From a virus (Duplodnaviria > Caudoviricetes), in the IMG/VR virus record IMGVR_UViG_3300020172_003216, positions 1-53,583 of that record: a DNA stretch of 53,583 nt; one strand, given 5' to 3'. Both the position numbers and the translations under genes were made by a program. The notes under the pieces are model-generated. The model saw only the letters and a program-made list of their open reading frames with translations. It made no database searches and was not told where the DNA came from. Below are positions 46,706 to 53,583 of this stretch, piece by piece. The first letter of the stretch is position 1. Every line of letters begins with the position of its first letter.

Positions 46706-47932
46706 ATGAATGTGGGTTTTATAGGTTTAGGTAAATTAGGACTGCCGTGTGCAGAAACTATAGCTGAAAAACATTCGGTTACTGGATATGATATTTACTC
46801 AAAGACAAGTGATAGAATTAAAATATCTGACAGCTTACGAGGAGCAGTAGCAGGCAAAGATATTATATTTGTTGCCGTGCAAACGCCACACGATCCTGAT
46901 TATGATGGTTCAAAACCAATAACACATTTACCAAATAAAGATTTTGATTATACCACTGTAAAAGAAGTTTTAAAACAAATTGATGCATGGGCTGCACCTG
47001 AACAGTTGGTAGTTCTTATTAGTACAGTATTACCTGGTACTGTACGCAGAGAACTTAGAGATTGTATTACTGTACCTCGTTTTATCTACAATCCTTATCT
47101 TATTGCAATGGGTAGTGTAGAATGGGATATGGTCAATCCTGAAATGGTAATTATTGGTACAGAAGATGGTAGTGAAACTGGCGATGCGGATATCTTAATT
47201 AATTTTTATAAATCATTAATGAAAAACAATCCTAGATATGTTGTAGGAACATGGGATGAAGCAGAGTCGATTAAAATATTTTATAATACCTTTATTAGCA
47301 CCAAAGTTGGTTTAGTAAACATGATTCAAGACGTAGCAATGAAAAATGGTAATATAAATGTTGATGTAGTAACCCAAGCACTTGCTAACAGTACTATTAG
47401 GATAATGAGTTCAAAATACATGACTGCTGGAATGGGTGATGCAGGTCCCTGCCATCCAAGAGATAACATTGCGCTACGTTGGCTAGCAGAAAATCTTCAT
47501 CTAGGCTATGATATATTTGATACTGTGATGCATGCTAGAGAACAACAAGCAAAAAATCTAGCTAGATATCTAAAAAAAATACAGATACAAAAAAATCTTC
47601 CTATTTTTATTCTTGGCAAGGCATACAAACCAGATGTGGACTATTGTGATGGTAGTTATAGTTTATTGATAGGACACTATCTAGATGAAATACAAGCGAA
47701 GTATTTTTTCATTGATCCGTTAACTGGCGATAAACCGCCTTTTGAAGAAATTCCTGTTATAGCATTTTTAGCACACAATAGATTTATTACATATGGGTAT
47801 ACTGGAGATCAACCGCAGCAAGAATTATACATTAATCTAGAACCAGGCAGTGTCGTAGTAGACCCTTGGAGACAATATAGCACCAATCAAGATATAGAGG
47901 TAATACACTATGGCAACACACGAATCCTTTGA
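46706..47932 (+). CDS. ugd: UDP-glucose/GDP-mannose dehydrogenase family protein
   Basis: GLGKLG Rossmann motif, FVAVQTP, STVLPGT, YNP, AESIK..N, GPCHPRD catalytic Cys, LGKAYKP. Confidence 0.88.
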   Translation: MNVGFIGLGKLGLPCAETIAEKHSVTGYDIYSKTSDRIKISDSLRGAVAGKDIIFVAVQTPHDPDYDGSKPITHLPNKDFDYTTVKEVLKQIDAWAAPEQLVVLISTVLPGTVRRELRDCITVPRFIYNPYLIAMGSVEWDMVNPEMVIIGTEDGSETGDADILINFYKSLMKNNPRYVVGTWDEAESIKIFYNTFISTKVGLVNMIQDVAMKNGNINVDVVTQALANSTIRIMSSKYMTAGMGDAGPCHPRDNIALRWLAENLHLGYDIFDTVMHAREQQAKNLARYLKKIQIQKNLPIFILGKAYKPDVDYCDGSYSLLIGHYLDEIQAKYFFIDPLTGDKPPFEEIPVIAFLAHNRFITYGYTGDQPQQELYINLEPGSVVVDPWRQYSTNQDIEVIHYGNTRIL

Positions 47933-48425
47933 GTTAGCAAAATTTTGGGATGATGAATTTAAAAATTTAAATTACGTCAAAGAAAAATTTAACGATCCTG
48001 CAACTCAAATTGAATGGGAGGATGCAGGATTCAGAGGACCGTTTGGCGGATGTATGTGTGATATGCGTAATCCTCAACCAAGCTGGAACAAACAATTTGT
48101 TGATTTCTTTAAGCGTTATGAACACTGGAAGGATATTGGTACAAGTTATTATCGCATGGATCCTGGCAGCAGTTTACCTAATCATGTTGATACGTATAGA
48201 AAATATATAGATCTTTTTGAACTCAAAGGAAAAGAAAGTTCAATTAGACGTGCAGTAATATTTTTAGAAGATAGAAAACCTGGGCACTTTGCAGAATGTC
48301 AAGGAGTTGGGTATGCAGATTGGAAAGCAGGATTTACCTTGGTATGGCCGTGGGATGCTCCGCACAGCGCATTTAACATGGGTTTTGAACCACGATATAC
48401 CCTTCAGATCACTGGGCATTTATGA
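47910..48425 (+). CDS. 2OG-Fe(II) oxygenase-like protein
   Basis: PGSSLPNHVD (HxD), then PHSAFN.G..PRYTLQITG. Confidence 0.65.
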   Translation: MATHESFELAKFWDDEFKNLNYVKEKFNDPATQIEWEDAGFRGPFGGCMCDMRNPQPSWNKQFVDFFKRYEHWKDIGTSYYRMDPGSSLPNHVDTYRKYIDLFELKGKESSIRRAVIFLEDRKPGHFAECQGVGYADWKAGFTLVWPWDAPHSAFNMGFEPRYTLQITGHL

Positions 48426-49339
48426 TATACAGTATCAATGAATGGGATCCACTTCATGAAGTAGTTGTTGGTACCGCTGACTTTGCCAATTGGCCAACTG
48501 CGGATCCTGTGTTTAGTTTAGAAAGCCAAAAAACTACTTGGACAGAAACCGCAGTTCCAAGTGGTCCAGTTCCTGATTGGATAATTGATGAAGCAAATGA
48601 AGACCTGGATATATTGGCCAATACATTAGATCAACTAGGCGTAGTGGTACATAGACCCAAAGTTAAAAACTATCAACAAATTGACGGTATGTACAACTAT
48701 TGTCCACGGGATAGATTGTTAATACACGGTAGTACTGTGGTTGATCCAGCAATGATGTATCCCTGTAGAGATGTTGAAATTGAATCCTTGGATTTTGTAA
48801 TTTATAGAGCAGATGATGTTTACAAGATGCCTAGAGATGCGGGCATGATTTTAGATGCCGCTAATGTTTTACGGCTCAATGATACTATGCTATACTTACA
48901 AAGTGCTAGCGGAAATCACAAAGCAGCTCAATGGTTGCAGTATAAATTTCCTGATGTTCGAGTTGAAGTTTGCGAATTTTATTCAGGAGTGCATATTGAC
49001 AGCACTATAGTTCCGTTGAGAGAAGGCCTAGTGCTAGTTAACGCCAGTAGAGTTAATATGCACAATTTGCCCAGGGTATTCGATAATTGGGAAGTTGTTT
49101 GGATTGATGACGTAGTGGCACAAGATTTTTATCAATATCCTTATGCCAGCAAATGGATAGCACTGAACATGCTAGTAGTAGATCCGTATACTGTTATTGT
49201 TGACAAACAGCAAACAATGTTGATTGATATATTGGAAAATTATAATTTTACCGTAATACCCTTGGAATTGCGACATTCTAGAACACTGGGCGGTGGGTTC
49301 CATTGCGTTACGTTGGATTTATTACGTCAAACTCAATAA
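48422..49339 (+). CDS. Amidinotransferase (glycine / inosamine-phosphate amidinotransferase family)
   Basis: NEWDPL.EVVVG, CPRD, LDAAN (Asp), HIDST (His), LGGGFHCVTLD (Cys). Confidence 0.9.
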   Translation: MIYSINEWDPLHEVVVGTADFANWPTADPVFSLESQKTTWTETAVPSGPVPDWIIDEANEDLDILANTLDQLGVVVHRPKVKNYQQIDGMYNYCPRDRLLIHGSTVVDPAMMYPCRDVEIESLDFVIYRADDVYKMPRDAGMILDAANVLRLNDTMLYLQSASGNHKAAQWLQYKFPDVRVEVCEFYSGVHIDSTIVPLREGLVLVNASRVNMHNLPRVFDNWEVVWIDDVVAQDFYQYPYASKWIALNMLVVDPYTVIVDKQQTMLIDILENYNFTVIPLELRHSRTLGGGFHCVTLDLLRQTQ

Positions 49340-49369
49340 ATAACTACACAACAAAAAATAAAGGTTATC

Positions 49370-50110
49370 ATGAGCTTTGAGAGTTATACAGATTGTTTGT
49401 TTAGAGCATTTGAATCGCATACAAAACCAGCAGAAATAATTAAGCGTAAAAAAGAAATAATTGATGGTGTTGCAGGGTTCCACAATTATGTACCAGATTC
49501 GATATTGTTTGTTGGATTTAGTCCCGCAATCTTGGCAAGCAATTGCAAGAGCTTGTCAGTTACTGAAATAAGCAATGAAGCAAAAAATTTACTTGATTCT
49601 TACAATATAAAGTATAACTATATTGACAAGAAAGATTTAATAAATTATCAAAGATCTTTTGATGTGGTTGTTGCTCTAGATGAATACTTTACATTTGCTG
49701 AATCAGATTTGGCCCAAAAAAACAAAGTCATTGAGATTTGTAATCTAGCTAAAGAATATGTGATAACTACGTGTAAGGATTACAAAAATCAAGATTTCAA
49801 AGACAAAGAGTTTTCCATTCCTGCTCTAATTAGAGGATCAAAAGTTAATCATGTTTATTTAGAATTTCACGATTACGATCTTCAAGACAGAAATAAATGG
49901 ATTACAAAAGTTCATGAAATAATCAATAATCAACTAGTTAATTCTGGACCATTTGATCGTAGATCGATGTTTTTTAAACAGCTTGCGAAATTTAGTGCAG
50001 ATGCAGGAGCAGTTGGTTTTAGCGTACATAAAAATTTAATGTACAAGAGTTTAATCAAGAAAAATTACGAACATGTAATTAGTATTCAATTAGATAATAA
50101 TGGACCTTAA
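49370..50110 (+). CDS. Methyltransferase-fold-like hypothetical protein
   Basis: Degenerate motif I (SILFVG), SVTEIS, SFDVVVAL; ATAAATA box at 49336-42. Confidence 0.45.
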   Translation: MSFESYTDCLFRAFESHTKPAEIIKRKKEIIDGVAGFHNYVPDSILFVGFSPAILASNCKSLSVTEISNEAKNLLDSYNIKYNYIDKKDLINYQRSFDVVVALDEYFTFAESDLAQKNKVIEICNLAKEYVITTCKDYKNQDFKDKEFSIPALIRGSKVNHVYLEFHDYDLQDRNKWITKVHEIINNQLVNSGPFDRRSMFFKQLAKFSADAGAVGFSVHKNLMYKSLIKKNYEHVISIQLDNNGP

Positions 50111-51359
50111 CGAAAATATAAGTCAAATTGTTGATCAAATAGTAGGAGAAATTACAACAAATGTTTCGACACGAGTTGACAAGTTAATTCTAGACGCCAT
50201 CTCTTCTCGTCTAGACTCGTTTGATTACAATACACACGTACAGCAGGCCGCTAATGCTGCGCTTGATAAAAAAGCATCTCAATATACGATTGATAATAAA
50301 AAATTAGAAAAACGTATTACTGACCGAATTAATGAAACAATTGATGGCGCTCAATCATCTACCGCTGAGTTGGTGAACAAAATTGTTTCTGAGAAACTTG
50401 AAAAAATTAATGTTAATCAAGCTGTAACTGATGCAACTGCTGCTTTAATTATAGACAGATTACGTGATATAACTTTTCCGGAAGATAGTATCAATCCAAC
50501 TGCTTTAAAATTAAATGAACTGATAATTACTGGAGATAACGTCAGAGGTGGTTTAATAGAAAATTTTAGTAGTACGGGTATTGACGATCGTGCTACAGGA
50601 GTTGCTCTAACTATATTAGATGATGCCACTGTAATTGAAAACAATTTATTAACTAAAGATTTAACAGTTGAAGGATTGGTTTCTATTAACGGTAATCTTT
50701 CAGTGAATGGCCAAGTGGATAAAGATTGTTTATTTTATACCGATTTGATTAAAGAAACTACCACTTCAGCTTTGTCAAATATGGATAGAGGATTGTTTGA
50801 CAGTTTTAGTTCTTTGGTATTTGATAGAATTAAAACTGAAGGTTTAAATTTAACTAAAATAAAATTAAACGATAATGAAGTCATAAGTGATAATCGACTT
50901 GGTTCCACTATCATAAGCAGTAATCTACAACATCTTGGAATTCTTAAAGAATTACAAGTAAGTGGCGAATCTCTATTTGCCGAAACACTTTATATAACGC
51001 CAAAACGAGTAGGTATAAACACCATTGAACCAAGTGGCGCATTAGCTATTTGGGATCAAGAAGTTGAAATAGTGTTTAACAAAAAATCAGCGGACGTTGG
51101 TAGCATTGGTACTCCCCGAAAACAAAAACTAATACTGACTTCAAATGGTAAGGAAAACATTCTATTAGATGATGATGGTTCTGTAAATATAAACAATTTA
51201 AAAATTGGCGGAATGAGATTTACTGCTGCATCAGAGCCACCTAGTTATGTAAGTCAAAAAGGTCATGTGGTTTGGAATACCAATCCCAATCTTGGAGGTC
51301 CACTAGGGTGGGTGTGTCTTGGCGCATCCAACTGGGCCAACTTTGGAATAATAGACTAA
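50100..51359 (+). CDS. Probable virion/tail-associated protein
   Basis: N-terminal helical region; SSNLQHLGIL.ELQVSG; RVGINT; C-terminal VWNTNP..GGPLGWVC...W..FG. Confidence 0.55.
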   Translation: MDLNENISQIVDQIVGEITTNVSTRVDKLILDAISSRLDSFDYNTHVQQAANAALDKKASQYTIDNKKLEKRITDRINETIDGAQSSTAELVNKIVSEKLEKINVNQAVTDATAALIIDRLRDITFPEDSINPTALKLNELIITGDNVRGGLIENFSSTGIDDRATGVALTILDDATVIENNLLTKDLTVEGLVSINGNLSVNGQVDKDCLFYTDLIKETTTSALSNMDRGLFDSFSSLVFDRIKTEGLNLTKIKLNDNEVISDNRLGSTIISSNLQHLGILKELQVSGESLFAETLYITPKRVGINTIEPSGALAIWDQEVEIVFNKKSADVGSIGTPRKQKLILTSNGKENILLDDDGSVNINNLKIGGMRFTAASEPPSYVSQKGHVVWNTNPNLGGPLGWVCLGASNWANFGIID

Positions 51360-52657
51360 TGCCAAATAAAGATATTTTTTGTGCCATTCCGTGGCATACT
51401 TCTCACCTCTATTGGGACGGCTATTATGGTGCATGTTGTGAGGAACGATTTAAACCAAATGGAGAAGTAAAGAATATAAGCGAAGTAGGACTAGATGAGT
51501 GGTACAATAGTTCTGCTATGCGTAATTTTCGATTGCGTATACTTGGTGATGTTAAATTGCCCGAATGTGCAAGCTGTTATAAAAATGAATTGCACGGACA
51601 CGAAAGTAAAAGAGTTAGAGAAAATTTCAAAGTTGGAATTTTTACAAAACAAGCATTTGAAAAAAGTTTTTTGCAAAGTCCGTGGTATGAAAAATTCAAA
51701 GAATCTGCCAATGAAGGATTAACAGATTGTCGCCCAATTGATTTACATATAGATTTTGGAAATCAATGCAACCTTGCCTGCAAGATGTGTACTCCTAGCG
51801 CAAGCAGTCGTATAGCACAACAGTATGATTCCTGGAAAATTTCTTTTGATAAAAGACCAAATTGGTCGGATTCCGAAGAGTCTTATCAGCAGTTGTTGAA
51901 AAATATCAAAGGTATTAAAAAAATTCATAGAATACATATAATGGGCGGAGAGCCTACTATTAACAAAAAATTTTATAAATTTTTAGATTGGTTACTAAAC
52001 AACAATTTGCAAGATGTAAGTTTGAGCTTTGTTAGTAATGGAACACAATTCAAAAGTGAACTTGTTGAAAAACTGTTGAAGTTTCAATCAGTTGATGTTG
52101 AAATTAGTCTTGAAAGCGTAGGCGATAACAATCACTATATAAGACAAGGCAGCGAAACAAAACAAACACTAGAAAACATTTATAAACTTTTAAATAGTCG
52201 ATCTAGTTCTTTAAACGTGGTATTACGTAGTGTGCCGCAGCTTCTTAATGTCAATAACTACCATGAGTATATAAAATTTGCATATACGAATAAAATAAGC
52301 ATACAAAGTATTCCTTTAACAGCACCAAACTATCTTGCAATTGGGGTACTACCTAAAAAAATAAGACAAAGTTTGGTTGATAACTATCAAAAAGTGAAAC
52401 AAGAAATACTAGAGAATGTTGAAAATACACAGACTCTTACAACAGGTAGAGATACATCAAGACTTGAACAACAACTTGCCAAGGAATGCGATACAGTTAT
52501 AAGTCTACTGGAACAGCCAGAACCGAACAATCTAGCCGAATTACAACAAGAACTGGTAAAGTGGTTATTAAAATGGGACAAAGTATACAATCTTGACGCA
52601 ACAAAGATCTATCCAGAATACAGTGAATTTTTAAAAGACCGTGGATACCAGCTTTAA
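51359..52657 (+). CDS. Radical SAM enzyme with N-terminal twitch-like Cys domain
   Basis: FCAIPW..ACC..ECASC; CNLACKMC..ASS; GGEP; SNGT. Start at TAATG (51359). Confidence 0.87.
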   Translation: MPNKDIFCAIPWHTSHLYWDGYYGACCEERFKPNGEVKNISEVGLDEWYNSSAMRNFRLRILGDVKLPECASCYKNELHGHESKRVRENFKVGIFTKQAFEKSFLQSPWYEKFKESANEGLTDCRPIDLHIDFGNQCNLACKMCTPSASSRIAQQYDSWKISFDKRPNWSDSEESYQQLLKNIKGIKKIHRIHIMGGEPTINKKFYKFLDWLLNNNLQDVSLSFVSNGTQFKSELVEKLLKFQSVDVEISLESVGDNNHYIRQGSETKQTLENIYKLLNSRSSSLNVVLRSVPQLLNVNNYHEYIKFAYTNKISIQSIPLTAPNYLAIGVLPKKIRQSLVDNYQKVKQEILENVENTQTLTTGRDTSRLEQQLAKECDTVISLLEQPEPNNLAELQQELVKWLLKWDKVYNLDATKIYPEYSEFLKDRGYQL

Positions 52658-53084
52658 CCTAGTAATCAAACCGCGTTGGTGGCAAACTGTGCCTATTATT
52701 ACCTACGGTATAGACGATGTTCAAATTGATACCATATCAGTCAACAACACTATTACTTTATCATTTGACCGTACATTCACCCCCGGGGAACACAAATTTT
52801 GGATTTACTTTCAAAACAAAAACTACAAAGAATGCATACTAGATCAAAATTTAGATATGGCTGTAGAAATAGAATCTGTCTCATTCGAAGGCATGACGTT
52901 TGATAGATTCAAATGGGCTGGATTTTTTTATCCTGACTATCCGTTGGATTATCCAGACAAACAACCTGTTATTAAATCAGCAACATATTTAGGTTGGAAC
53001 GGGCGTTGGGAATTGCCCTTTACTACACCTATTTTTACCTGGATTCATCGATTGGAAAATCTAGGTTGGTTGTACGAACCTTGA
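52641..53084 (+). CDS. Hypothetical protein
   Basis: GTG start overlapping the radical SAM gene; YLGWNGRW.LPFT.PIF.W. Confidence 0.65.
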   Translation: MDTSFNLVIKPRWWQTVPIITYGIDDVQIDTISVNNTITLSFDRTFTPGEHKFWIYFQNKNYKECILDQNLDMAVEIESVSFEGMTFDRFKWAGFFYPDYPLDYPDKQPVIKSATYLGWNGRWELPFTTPIFTWIHRLENLGWLYEP

Positions 53085-53109
53085 CCTAATTCAAATATAC
53101 TGCTATAAT
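53081..53109 (+). promoter_or_regulatory. Early sigma70-like promoter
   Basis: TTGACC-17-TATAAT with extended TG; ATG 5 nt downstream. Confidence 0.8.
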
Positions 53110-53114
53110 GCAGT

Positions 53115-53345
53115 ATGACTACTGTTGTACTCAAACATCAAGAATGGACTGCTATTCGGCAGCGTATTGATGCTGACTATGGTAAAATTAATACCTTGGT
53201 TTCATGGCGTCTCAAAGCAACTTTGGGATTTACTGTACGTCATCATAGAGGACATAACCCAATTAATGGGCATTGGGTTGATGACATTCGTTTAGATTTT
53301 GTTAACGAAGATTCGAGAACCTTTTTTCAGTTAAAATATCTATGA
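53115..53345 (+). CDS. Hypothetical protein
   Basis: 76-aa ORF directly after the promoter. Confidence 0.7.
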   Translation: MTTVVLKHQEWTAIRQRIDADYGKINTLVSWRLKATLGFTVRHHRGHNPINGHWVDDIRLDFVNEDSRTFFQLKYL

Positions 53346-53583
53346 CTACCAACGCATATCTTGTTTATTGGTGCGAAGAAGGCTTGGAAAGTGTGATTCC
53401 GATTACTGAATACGAACAGTGGGATCGAGATAACACTTTTAAAGTGTTAAATAATCAAGAGCCGGTCCGTAATCCACTCAATCAAATGATACAAAACATG
53501 ATCCTAAGAGCCAAGTTCAATGGACAAAGGCACTATGAATTGTATGCGATTGATTGCCAAGATACAATTAGTAAAGAAGATAT
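53342..53583 (+). CDS. Hypothetical protein (3' partial)
   Basis: ATGA overlap; MTTNAYLVYWCEEGLES..., open to the window end. Confidence 0.65.
   Translation, partial: MTTNAYLVYWCEEGLESVIPITEYEQWDRDNTFKVLNNQEPVRNPLNQMIQNMILRAKFNGQRHYELYAIDCQDTISKED

Noticed and set aside
2304-51358. Longest-ORF starts given in the track for 2304, 6003, 17272, 31015, 31311, 37768 and 51272
   Set aside because: Downstream starts (2328, 6051, 17314, 31030, 31332, 37846, 51359) fit RBS, promoter position or stop/start coupling better.
85-52590. Numerous short minus-strand and nested alternate-frame ORFs in the track (e.g. 1539-1913, 6335-6736, 20388-20819, 27666-28145, 34237-34617)
   Set aside because: They lie within well-supported + strand genes, have no recognisable motifs or RBS, and are best explained as shadow ORFs.
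1-53583. Bacterial chromosome or prophage interpretation, given iscU, rpsU, clpS, ugd and nrdAB
   Set aside because: The host-like genes are isolated from their usual operons and interleaved with T4-like primase/helicase, PAAR, virion genes and TATAAATA late promoters. No integrase or att site was seen.
1-53583. tRNA, rRNA, CRISPR array or stop-codon reassignment
   Set aside because: No cloverleaf/T-loop pattern or repeat-spacer array was recognised in the short intergenic gaps by eye (tRNAscan not run). Genes are full length in code 11 and end in TAA, TGA and TAG.

Overview
This window is a segment of a large lytic, T4-like (myovirus-type) dsDNA phage genome. It is densely coding in genetic code 11 and almost entirely on the + strand, with one convincing minus-strand gene at 45459-46703. 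Core phage genes are primase, DnaB/gp41-like helicase, PD-(D/E)XK and DEDDh nucleases, nrdA/nrdB/glutaredoxin, a PAAR spike and several probable virion proteins. Expression signals include T4-late-like TAAATA/TAAGTA boxes and sigma70-like early promoters. The auxiliary load is heavy: two fatty-acid desaturases, IscU and IscA, four radical SAM enzymes (one B12-dependent), four paralogous GT10-like proteins plus a further putative glycosyltransferase, a nucleotide-sugar dehydrogenase / 2OG-oxygenase / amidinotransferase / methyltransferase-like cluster, a PRMT-like methyltransferase, SleB and S11 peptidoglycan hydrolases, bS21, Hsp20 and ClpS. Signals the ORF track does not show: many promoters sit 4-8 nt from an ATG (probable leaderless mRNAs, including bS21); an unannotated ArfA-like 48-aa ORF and a Pro-rich 25-aa ORF; a ROSE-like thermometer before hsp20; capsid-targeting-like N-termini on a nucleotidyltransferase / ligase-like gene pair; a 17-bp repeat bracketing the sleB promoter; and a secreted Cys-repeat operon. 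The IscU/IscA/NrdAB/ClpS sequences suggest a proteobacterial host (inference). No tRNA, rRNA or CRISPR array was recognised. All family calls come from motif recognition by eye, with no database searches.
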